This document shows positions 15,787-24,224 of a DNA stretch of 32,000 nucleotides, in pieces. The notes beneath the pieces are model-generated. The model was not told the origin of the DNA and made no database searches. It saw nothing but the letters and a program-made list of their open reading frames with translations. Numbering within the stretch: position 1 is the stretch's first letter; each line of letters starts with the position of its first letter. The DNA comes from an uncultured Lachnospiraceae bacterium. GTDB lineage: Bacteria > Bacillota > Clostridia > TANB77 > CAG-508. The stretch lies in contig CAZCCM010000002.1 in NCBI GenBank assembly GCA_964497325.1, positions 1 through 32,000 on the forward strand, written 5' to 3'. Both the position numbers and the translations under genes were made by a program.

Positions 15787-18222
15787 TTAGTTATCGTAAT
15801 TTTCTAGTTCCTTCATATTAAAAGCTAATTGTCGAGAATTAAAAATTGAATCATTTGAATCTAACGAATTAATATAATTTCTAAATAATTTAATATTATT
15901 TTTTTCTTTATAGTTAACATTTTCTAACAAATCACAATATTTTTCAGAAACATCATTAAAATTGTTTTTTAAAACAACATACTCTCTCAAAAAAAATTCC
16001 TTAGGATTTAAATAAATTTTATCAAACAATTCAATAACTTCTTTCTCTGTTAAAACTTTTTCTCCTCTACCATTAAAATTATTGTATAACAATCTTCTGT
16101 AATTTTTTTTTGTTACAACATCTATTATTCCATTATATGATAATAATACAGAAGGTAAATTTGCTGTCAATGATTCCAATAATGACCTTCCCATCGCAAT
16201 AACGCCATCATATCCTTCCATAAATATTTCATTTATTTTATTCTTATATCCTTTTAGTGTTACATAATCTTCTAAATAACTATTTTTAATAAATTCTTTT
16301 AAATTTTCAAATTCATCACCTTCTCCATATATATCAATATGTTTTATTTTAGTCTTTTTAATTATACTTAAAAAATTATATATTGGTATAGTTTTTGTCT
16401 TATCCAATCTAGTAATTATGGCCCATTTTTTACTATTTTTAAATTTTTCTTCTACAAAAACTTTTTCGTCTACAGTATTCTGAATTAAATCTGGTATAAT
16501 ATTTTTACACATTGGAGTAATATAATCAACACATGACTCCGATACACAAACTATTTTATCTAAACCATAATTTATCATTTGTTTATATATATTATATCCA
16601 TTATAATAATCATTTAAAAAAGTAATGCTTGCTACTCCATGTATTGTAAATATAATAGGTGTTTTTAAAATATTTGCAGAAATAATCGCAGGTAATAAAG
16701 AAAAAAATGGATGAACATGTATAATCCCTATATTATTTAATTCACAAATTTTAATAATTTCATCTATAACTTTATTTGTTTCTAGTACAGTATCATCAAA
16801 TATATTTTCCTTAAATATAAATACCTCTTTAAAGTAATGTCTCATATTTTCATTAAAATTTTTACATAATAAAAAAACTTCGTTATCAATATTTCTATTT
16901 TTAAAAGTTCTTATTTGACCTAAAATTTGTGTTTCCACACCACCTATAGTGAAATTATCCGAAATAATTAAAAGTTTATTCTTTTTATTATAATCTTTAT
17001 TTATATCTAATAGATTTACTAATTCTTTTCCTTTTATGCTCCAATCATTCTCTTTTGCTTCTTTTCTTAATACTTCCTTATATTCTTCATTTAATAAAAG
17101 TTTATTGCAAGCAAATTCAATTTTATCTATAAATTCTTCATGATTTTTTGCAATTATAACTGATTCATATTTTCTACATTCTGGCAAATCTGTTGTTACA
17201 ATTGGTTTCTCTAAAGCCATATATTCAAAAACTTTTACAGGAGATGTTGATAAAGTAATATCATTTATTACAAAGGGTATTGTACATACATCAAAGTTTT
17301 TTCCATATGCTGGTAATTCCTCATATTTTTTTCTTCCTAAATAAAATACATTTTTATTCTTTAAAACATTACTTTTTTCTAATGTAAAATCATAATCAGC
17401 TCCAATTAATACAATCGCATAGTTTTTATTCTTTGAAAGCTTTTCTATTAATTCATAATCAAACCAACTAGCTAAAGCTCCATAATATCCTATTACATAT
17501 TTATATTCTTTTTTTATTTTTTTTAAATCATTTGGTATTGGAAGACTATCATTTTTAAAAAAATTATAATCTACTCCATTTGTTATTAAAGAAATATTCT
17601 TATCTGATATAGAATTTTTAATAGCTTCCTTATATAATTTATCTGCTGTACATGTTATTAAAGTTTTTTCATCTTGTATTAATTTATTATGCCTATTTAA
17701 CAATTCTTTATATATGTTTTTTCCACATAATTTTTCATCTATGTCATCAACATATTCATAAATAATTTTAAACCCGTTTTCTTTATAAAATTTTATCTTT
17801 GATAATGGCATATAATCTGTAGAATATATCATTAAATACTTATCTTTATAATTTGCTAAGTTTTCATAAATCTTATTTATATACAAGCCTAAATCTATTA
17901 TATATAAATTGTTTTTTACTTTTTTAATTTTTTCTTTATTATCAAAATCTTCATCTTCTGAACTATGATAAATCATCAATGTTGATTTTGGTAAATTTTC
18001 CGCAATTTGTTGTGGTCGTTGTTTCATAATTTTATTCCATCCAAAATTGCTTTCAAAAAGAATTATCTTTGAAAAACTTAAAAAATCAATATCATCTATA
18101 ATATCATATCTAAGATGATTTTTCCTCCCTTGTTTTTCAAATATTTTTCTTATTGTCTTTTTTAAAGTTTTAAAAAATCCATACTGTTTATAGTAATTTA
18201 CTACTTGCTTTCTTTTACTCAT
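15787..18222 (-). CDS. Two-domain glycosyltransferase (TuaH-like N-half plus GT4-like C-half)
   Basis: 811 aa. The N-half (~17007-18222) is paralogous to 14476-15762. The C-half starts LLIISDNFTIGGVETQ, typical of GT4 N-termini. Start overlaps the ABC ATPase stop (ATGA). Confidence 0.7.
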   Translation of the reverse strand: MSKRKQVVNYYKQYGFFKTLKKTIRKIFEKQGRKNHLRYDIIDDIDFLSFSKIILFESNFGWNKIMKQRPQQIAENLPKSTLMIYHSSEDEDFDNKEKIKKVKNNLYIIDLGLYINKIYENLANYKDKYLMIYSTDYMPLSKIKFYKENGFKIIYEYVDDIDEKLCGKNIYKELLNRHNKLIQDEKTLITCTADKLYKEAIKNSISDKNISLITNGVDYNFFKNDSLPIPNDLKKIKKEYKYVIGYYGALASWFDYELIEKLSKNKNYAIVLIGADYDFTLEKSNVLKNKNVFYLGRKKYEELPAYGKNFDVCTIPFVINDITLSTSPVKVFEYMALEKPIVTTDLPECRKYESVIIAKNHEEFIDKIEFACNKLLLNEEYKEVLRKEAKENDWSIKGKELVNLLDINKDYNKKNKLLIISDNFTIGGVETQILGQIRTFKNRNIDNEVFLLCKNFNENMRHYFKEVFIFKENIFDDTVLETNKVIDEIIKICELNNIGIIHVHPFFSLLPAIISANILKTPIIFTIHGVASITFLNDYYNGYNIYKQMINYGLDKIVCVSESCVDYITPMCKNIIPDLIQNTVDEKVFVEEKFKNSKKWAIITRLDKTKTIPIYNFLSIIKKTKIKHIDIYGEGDEFENLKEFIKNSYLEDYVTLKGYKNKINEIFMEGYDGVIAMGRSLLESLTANLPSVLLSYNGIIDVVTKKNYRRLLYNNFNGRGEKVLTEKEVIELFDKIYLNPKEFFLREYVVLKNNFNDVSEKYCDLLENVNYKEKNNIKLFRNYINSLDSNDSIFNSRQLAFNMKELENYDN

Positions 18223-18971
18223 TTTTTTTCCTCATTTGATTTTTCTACAAACAATGCATAAGCTTTACATATTTCCTTTGCTTCTCCAATTTGCTTAATC
18301 TTACCTTTTTCTATCCATATTACTGTACTACAAAAATCTTCTATAGCTTTTAAAGAATGTGAAACAAATAATACAGTTGTACCACCTTGTATTAAGCTCT
18401 TCATTTTTTTTAAACTTTTTGTTTGAAACGCAAGATCTCCAACAGATAATATTTCATCTACAATTAAAATTTCTGGTTCTACAACAGTTGCTATAGAAAA
18501 CGCAAGTCTTGCTATCATTCCAGAAGAAAAATTTCTAACAGGAACATCTAAAAATTCTCTTAGTTCTGAAAACTCAACTATTTCCTCAAATTTTTCATCT
18601 AAAAAGTCCTTAGAATATCCTAAAACTGCACCATTTAAATATATATTTTCCCTTGCAGTTAATTCCATATCAAAGCCAGCACCTAATTCTATCATAGGGC
18701 AAATGTTTCCGCCTACTTCAATTTTACCTTTAGTTGGTTTCATTACTCCTGCTACAAGTTTTAAAAGAGTAGATTTTCCTGCACCATTGCTTCCAATGAA
18801 TCCAATTACTTCACCTTTTTTTACATCAAATGAAATATCTTTTAAAGCCCAAAAATCTTGTTTTTTAGTTTTGTTTTTTTTCTTAAATAAATTAATGAAA
18901 AAAAGTTTAAAGGAAAAATTTTTTTCTATACCTAAGTTAAATTTCATACTTACATTTTCAACTTTAACCAT
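18219..18971 (-). CDS. Polysaccharide/teichoic-acid-type ABC exporter ATP-binding protein (Wzt/TagH-like)
   Basis: 250 aa with Walker A GSNGAGKST, signature FSSGM and Walker B ILIVDE. Confidence 0.9.
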   Translation of the reverse strand: MVKVENVSMKFNLGIEKNFSFKLFFINLFKKKNKTKKQDFWALKDISFDVKKGEVIGFIGSNGAGKSTLLKLVAGVMKPTKGKIEVGGNICPMIELGAGFDMELTARENIYLNGAVLGYSKDFLDEKFEEIVEFSELREFLDVPVRNFSSGMIARLAFSIATVVEPEILIVDEILSVGDLAFQTKSLKKMKSLIQGGTTVLFVSHSLKAIEDFCSTVIWIEKGKIKQIGEAKEICKAYALFVEKSNEEKK

Positions 18972-18980
18972 CTAATTCTC

Positions 18981-19769
18981 CTATATATAATAAATAAATT
19001 TATCTTGATTTTTTCTAAATACTATTATTCCTATTATTAATGGAACAAAAGCTCCTAATAAACAATAAACAAAATAGATTGGTTCTGGCATTCTATTTTC
19101 TAATATAATTGTTCTTGCAAAATTAATAAATTGATATAGAGGATTCAATTTAAATAAAAACTGATATTTTTCCTCTATCATTGATAAGTGATACATAATT
19201 GGGGTTAAATATGTCCAAAGAGTTAACATTATTCCGTAAATATAAAACATATCTCTAAAAAACACTGAAATTGTTGCAAGTATTAATCCTATTCCTAAAG
19301 TAAAAACAATTAAACAAAGGAATACAAAAGGTAACACTAAATGCATCCACGTAATAGTTTCTCCTGTAATTAATATAATTGCATAAAGCGGTATTAATGT
19401 TATAAAAAAGTTAATTGCAACAAATAAAACTTTAGATAAAGGAAATATATATTTAGGAATATATATTTTATTAATTAAAGAAAAGTTTCCGACAACTGAA
19501 CTCATAGCAAGATTAGATGCTTCACTAAAATAATTAAAAAAAGTTAATCCAATCATTAAGTAAACTAAATAATTAACGCCTTCCATACTCATTTTAAACA
19601 TTTTCGAGAAAACTAAAGCCATTACAGTCATCATTAAAACAGGGTGCAATAAACTCCATAAAACACCTAATACTGATCTTTTATATTTAACTTTAAAATC
19701 CCTTGAAATTAACTGTTTTAATAAAAATGAATATTTCTTTAAATTAATAAAAATGTTTTTTAAAAACAT
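18981..19769 (-). CDS. ABC-2 type polysaccharide exporter permease (Wzm/TagG-like)
   Basis: 262 aa with six hydrophobic segments and the N-terminal RDFKVKYKRSVLGVLWSLL motif typical of ABC-2 permeases. Immediately upstream of the ATPase. Confidence 0.85.
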   Translation of the reverse strand: MFLKNIFINLKKYSFLLKQLISRDFKVKYKRSVLGVLWSLLHPVLMMTVMALVFSKMFKMSMEGVNYLVYLMIGLTFFNYFSEASNLAMSSVVGNFSLINKIYIPKYIFPLSKVLFVAINFFITLIPLYAIILITGETITWMHLVLPFVFLCLIVFTLGIGLILATISVFFRDMFYIYGIMLTLWTYLTPIMYHLSMIEEKYQFLFKLNPLYQFINFARTIILENRMPEPIYFVYCLLGAFVPLIIGIIVFRKNQDKFIYYI

Positions 19770-19851
19770 AGATTCTCTCCTTCAAGCAACAACTTTATTA
19801 AAATTTATATATTATTTTAAAATAATACTTTTACCTATTTAATTATTATCA

Positions 19852-21960
19852 CTATTTTGTATAATTAAAATGTTTGTCTAAAAGTTTTAATCTACTCTCA
19901 AACCATTCAAATATTTGTTCTTTATTAAATTTCTCTAATGAATTTTTTCCTTCTATTTCCCACTTATATTTTTCTAAATGCCATGTTTCTTCAGGTATTG
20001 TATTATAGAACTCATCTGTAATTCTTTTTAAATTATCAGTTGTAAAAATACCATTATCTCTTAAATCCTTATATCTTTTTTCAACATCAGCCTTATATAA
20101 AGCATATGTTTTATAAAAAGGTTTTTCTCTTACAGTTTCTTTTGTATAATCAAATAATAAAAATTTATCTGAATCTCCCATTAATCCTCTATTATCCCAA
20201 AACATGCCAAAAGTTGTATCTTTATCCCATGGTAAAAAATACCATTTTTCTAAATCATATGTAACAACTTCTGTATCATATCCTAGTGCATCCCAATCAT
20301 ATAATACTTCTTGAAATAACATGAAATCTATAATATTATTTTTATCAAAACTTTTTTCAAAATTTTCTTTAAAGTTTTTTAAATCTCCATTTATAACTTC
20401 ACTTACTTTATCAATTGCTATCTTTTGTTTTACTGTAAAATCTTTGCTTTTAGGATAATAACCATCAATCCATATTCCAACACCTTTTGCTATAAATTTA
20501 CCCCAATCAGGGTAAGTAGACAAATCTAATCCAGAAGGTCTTGAATCAAAGTCAAAATATAGATGTTCTGCATTGTTTTTATCTATATTAAAATTATCTG
20601 GATCATGTCCTAACATTAATATATGTAATCCATAAAATTCTCCATCAATGTTTACTTGTGATGAATAAGTTCTTGGAAAACCTTGTGCTCCATCAATGCT
20701 TATACTAGAATAATCAACTTCATTTTTTATTTCTCTGTCTCTAGATTCTACCATATCTCCCCATAAATTATATGATAAAACATTTCTAAGCATTGTTGGA
20801 TCAATCCATTCTGCTTTTGTAATCCATTTATCACTAAAAACTGAATCTCCAATTTTTACTTTTATTTCCTCTGTTCTTTCTTCATCTTTATATAGTTTTA
20901 TTGTCCAGTTCTTCTTAGGCCACAACGCTGTTGATGAACCTTGAACTTGTATTGTTCCATAAGTTGTTAACTTTCTATCATCCACAATAAATGTAGTAAG
21001 AGTATTTATCTTTCCACCAGATTTTGAATTTGGTAATTTTTGTTCAAAAGCATCTATATCAATTGTTACAATTTCAGTTGGATCTACAAATACATATTTA
21101 TTATTTGTTAAAAAATAATCATTCTGATTCGTTTCTTCAACTAAATTTACTTCTTTTGAACTCTCCAAATAACTTTGTTTTAAATCATCTTCTGAATATT
21201 TTTTTAATAAAAAGTTATAACTGTTTAAATTTACAAATAAAATCACAACAGCAGATGTCCCTAATATAATTGTTATAATCTTTTTAAAATCATAATTATC
21301 AATTATATTATTTAAATTAATATTTGATTTTTTTATTTTTATTGTAACTTCTCTTTTTTTATAAATTAATCTAATAATTTTTTCAATTAATATATATATT
21401 ATTATAAATACAACAATTGGAATCACTGTATTTATCAAAATTTCTTTTAAAAGAAAATAATCACTTACTTTATTTTTTAATAAAAATTCATAATATTTTT
21501 TACTAATAAAATATTCTCTTGTAAATTTATATTTTTCAAAAACTTTTAGCATTGAAATTAAAAAAACATTAATATATGCAAGTATAAATATTAGCATGTT
21601 TTTTAAAACAGATTTATCTATACAAAACTTTATTTTTTGTTTTTGATCTTGTGTTTTTTTCTTAATGTCTATTTTTACAAATTTCTTAAATATTAAAAAT
21701 ATTGTAGAAAAAAGAAGTGAAATTCCAATGTTTACTGTTAAATATTTTAAGAAAAAAGAAACTGTAAATACATAAGTATAATAATTTCTTGAAAAATAAA
21801 TCAATATGTTTGTTAAAAAATTAACTAAAACAATATAAACAATAGATAAAAAAAGTGTTTGTTTCGAATCATATTTATTTATCTTCTCATTTTTCTTTCG
21901 TAACAATATAACACCAATCAATGGTGTTATAAGTAAAGCAATTATTTCTAATCCTATCAT
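19852..21960 (-). CDS. CotH kinase-family protein with a polytopic N-terminal membrane domain
   Basis: 702 aa. The first ~250 aa are multi-TM. The C-terminal ~450 aa have CotH-like blocks (IQVQGSSTALWPKKNWTIKL, WIDPTMLRNVLSYNLW, WYFLPWDKDTTFG). AGGAG RBS. Confidence 0.7.
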   Translation of the reverse strand: MIGLEIIALLITPLIGVILLRKKNEKINKYDSKQTLFLSIVYIVLVNFLTNILIYFSRNYYTYVFTVSFFLKYLTVNIGISLLFSTIFLIFKKFVKIDIKKKTQDQKQKIKFCIDKSVLKNMLIFILAYINVFLISMLKVFEKYKFTREYFISKKYYEFLLKNKVSDYFLLKEILINTVIPIVVFIIIYILIEKIIRLIYKKREVTIKIKKSNINLNNIIDNYDFKKIITIILGTSAVVILFVNLNSYNFLLKKYSEDDLKQSYLESSKEVNLVEETNQNDYFLTNNKYVFVDPTEIVTIDIDAFEQKLPNSKSGGKINTLTTFIVDDRKLTTYGTIQVQGSSTALWPKKNWTIKLYKDEERTEEIKVKIGDSVFSDKWITKAEWIDPTMLRNVLSYNLWGDMVESRDREIKNEVDYSSISIDGAQGFPRTYSSQVNIDGEFYGLHILMLGHDPDNFNIDKNNAEHLYFDFDSRPSGLDLSTYPDWGKFIAKGVGIWIDGYYPKSKDFTVKQKIAIDKVSEVINGDLKNFKENFEKSFDKNNIIDFMLFQEVLYDWDALGYDTEVVTYDLEKWYFLPWDKDTTFGMFWDNRGLMGDSDKFLLFDYTKETVREKPFYKTYALYKADVEKRYKDLRDNGIFTTDNLKRITDEFYNTIPEETWHLEKYKWEIEGKNSLEKFNKEQIFEWFESRLKLLDKHFNYTK

Positions 21961-22235
21961 GTATTATTCTCCTATATTTTTATAGTTATATTTTAATTTA
22001 ATATAACTTTTTTTATTTCTTTTTAGGTTTTTTATCTAAAAAATGGTTAGATAAAAATCTAACATCCTCTTATATATAATAATCTTTATTATACACTTAC
22101 TTCTATAAACATCTTAAATATACTACTACTTTATCATATTTTTATACTTATAACAAATATTTTACCATTTATATTTTAAAAACTATATCTTAAAATATTT
22201 ATTTGCTTTTTTACTTATTTTTTATCACTCAATTT

Positions 22236-23123
22236 TTATTTAAAAAACTTGTTTTTTAAACCTACCCCTATATGTCTCTCTCCAATTAAAACTATAACTA
22301 TATCTGGATCAAATTTGTTATAATACTCTTCAAAGTCTTCTTTAAAATGTCTCATATCTCTTTTATGTACAGTAGTAAAGTTTAATGATAAAAAAGGCTG
22401 TGGTACTAGAGAGAAAGAATCTCCTATATAAAGAACCTTCTTGTTTTCTAAAGCATCCTTGTTTATAATATTTCTTTGATCATCAGCACCTGTATAATAT
22501 GCATATGGATTTAAATTAAAATAGTCATTTTTAAGTTTATTAACATCACATAAAACTTCTTCAAAACTTCCTTGCTTTTTTATATTTTCTTCTACTAATT
22601 CTACTTCAAAATTAAAATCTTTTTTAGGTGTTATTACTGGAAAATCATCTACACCTGCATAATATTTACCAACTCTTTTTCCTGAAGAACCTAAAAACAA
22701 ATCTTTCTTTATTTCAATAGTATAATTTTTTAAATTAAGAAACTCTTTATCAACTTTTGATATTGTTTTATCTTCTAACAATCTATTTATAATCTTAGTA
22801 TATGCCCAAAATCCTGTTTCAATATTCCAATGATGATCTGTTTTAAAAAATGCTTCTGCTTATGTTATTCCCTCTTTATGTGATTCTTCTCTTAAATCTA
22901 TATAAGGAATATTGTTTCCTTTTAATCCTTCTATAAGCTTATCCCCATTATAATTAGTGTACTCTTTTTTCTTTATTTCTTCTGGAATTAAATCTTCATA
23001 CTTTGATACTTATGAAGGAGCTATCACAAAAAGAAAATCTTTATATTTTTCTTTTATTAAAAAATAGCCTAATAATGTTATTGGTAAAAACAAAAACAAG
23101 AAAATATTACTAGAAAATATCAT
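22236..23123 (-). pseudogene. Decayed O-acylation module: MBOAT (AlgI/DltB-like) N-terminus fused in frame to a DHHW-family (AlgX/J-like) protein, with two in-frame TAA stops
   Basis: A single 296-codon frame starts at ATG 23123 (AAGGAAG RBS): MIFSSNIFLFLFLPITLLGYF.. ..APS*VSKYED.. ..GIT*AEAFFKTDHHWNIETGFW.. It continues into ORF 22236-22781. The stops are at 23010-23012 and 22860-22862. Confidence 0.75.
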
Positions 23124-23226
23124 TTTTACTTCCTTTATACAAATATAATAATTTATATTTCTATAAATTATTATTTTTTTTTATTTAATAGTTAAATTAT
23201 AACATAAATTCTATATTTCTCAAACA

Positions 23227-23266
23227 AAAGAAAAAGAGTAAAAATAAATTTACTCTTTTCTTTTTT
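23227..23266 (-). terminator. Rho-independent terminator of lemA
   Basis: GAGTAAA/TTTACTC stem extended by A/T pairs, followed by a T-run on the minus strand. Lies ~55 nt after the lemA stop. Confidence 0.6.
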
Positions 23267-23319
23267 AATATTTTCAACGTTTAAAAAATTAATCTTATTC
23301 CTAGTTCTAATTCTTATAA

Positions 23320-23886
23320 TTAAGCATTAAAATCTACATTAGGTGCTTTTTTAGCTTCTTCTGAATCTATTTTAAATAGTTCCATTGCTTCAAAATTACC
23401 CATTCCTGCAATAATGTTTGTAGGAATTTGTTGTCTTAATAAATTATATTTTGTAACTGCATCATTATAGAATTGTCTTGTATAAGATATCTTATTCTCT
23501 GTATCTGATAATTCAGTTTGAAGTTGTGTAAAATTCTCATTAGCTTTTAATTCTGGATAAGCTTCAACAGAAAGCATTAATCTTCCTAAAGCTGAATTCA
23601 TTTCTGAAACAACTTCTCCTTTTTCTGCAACTGATCCTGCTTCATTGTATAAGCCTCTATATTTAGCAATATCTGTTAAAGTTTTTTCTTCATGTTTCAT
23701 ATATCCTTTAACTGTATTAACTAAATTAGGTAATAGGTCAAATCTTCTTTGTAATTGAACATCAATATCTTGCCAAGCTTTTCTAGCAAATTCTCTTGAT
23801 TTAACAAGTTTGTTGTATGCTCCTATTGCCCATACTACTAATAGTATTATTAATCCTAGGATTACTCCTCCTATTATCAAACCCAT
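23320..23886 (-). CDS. lemA: LemA family protein
   Basis: N-terminal TM helix (GLIIGGVILGLIILLVVWAI) followed by the LemA core (YNKLV..R..A...W..I..QLQRR.DL.PNLV). I prefer the ATG at 23886 (AAAGGAGATAAC RBS) over the ORF-track start at 23937, which would sit at the predicted transcription start. Confidence 0.85.
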   Translation of the reverse strand: MGLIIGGVILGLIILLVVWAIGAYNKLVKSREFARKAWQDIDVQLQRRFDLLPNLVNTVKGYMKHEEKTLTDIAKYRGLYNEAGSVAEKGEVVSEMNSALGRLMLSVEAYPELKANENFTQLQTELSDTENKISYTRQFYNDAVTKYNLLRQQIPTNIIAGMGNFEAMELFKIDSEEAKKAPNVDFNA

Positions 23887-23946
23887 GTTATCTCCTTTCC
23901 AAAACTGCATATTACAATTTTTCTTACTATATTTCATAGATATATT

Positions 23947-23975
23947 AATTATACCATTTAATTATTTTTTTTACA
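23947..23975 (-). promoter_or_regulatory. lemA promoter
   Basis: Minus strand reads TTGTAA-17 nt-TATAAT, with TGG immediately before the -10 (extended -10). Confidence 0.55.
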
Positions 23976-23977
23976 AT

Positions 23978-24006
23978 ATTGACAAGGTGTCTTCATATGC
24001 TATAAT
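23978..24006 (+). promoter_or_regulatory. tRNA operon promoter
   Basis: Perfect consensus TTGACA-17 nt-TATAAT, ending 11 nt before tRNA-Gly. Confidence 0.75.
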
Positions 24007-24017
24007 AATACTATATT

Positions 24018-24093
24018 GCGGGAATAGCTCAGTTGATAGAGCGCCGCCTTGCCAAGGCGGAGGTCGCGAGTTTGAGCCTCGTTTCCCGCTCCA
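24018..24093 (+). tRNA. tRNA-Gly(GCC): tRNA-Gly (anticodon GCC)
   Basis: 76-nt cloverleaf folded by hand: acceptor GCGGGAA/TTCCCGC, anticodon loop TTGCCAA, discriminator U, encoded CCA. Very close to enterobacterial tRNA-Gly(GCC). Confidence 0.95.
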
Positions 24094-24104
24094 TTTTTTT
24101 AAAT

Positions 24105-24178
24105 GGCGACATAGCCAAGTGGTAAGGCACGAGTCTGCAAAACTCTGATCGCCGGTTCAAATCCGGCTGTCGCCTCCA
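24105..24178 (+). tRNA. tRNA-Cys(GCA): tRNA-Cys (anticodon GCA)
   Basis: 74 nt: acceptor GGCGACA/TGTCGCC, anticodon loop CTGCAAA, T-arm GCCGG-TTCAAAT-CCGGC, discriminator U73, encoded CCA. Confidence 0.9.
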
Positions 24179-24187
24179 AAAAGAAAT

Positions 24188-24224
24188 AAAGAGATTTAGA
24201 AGCTTATTCTAAATCTCTTTTTAT
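24188..24224. terminator. Rho-independent terminator of the tRNA pair (bidirectional)
   Basis: Perfect 14-bp stem AAAGAGATTTAGAA/TTCTAAATCTCTTT with a 5-nt loop and a T-rich tail. Confidence 0.85.

Noticed and set aside
23887-23937. Longer lemA start at 23937 (MKYSKKNCNMQFWKGDN..)
   Set aside because: It has no RBS and sits at the predicted transcription start. The internal ATG at 23886 has an AAAGGAG RBS and gives the usual short N-terminus followed by the TM helix.
23810-24148. 112-aa plus-strand ORF
   Set aside because: It runs through the lemA start, both promoters and both tRNA genes. It is an artefact of the tRNA sequences being free of stop codons.
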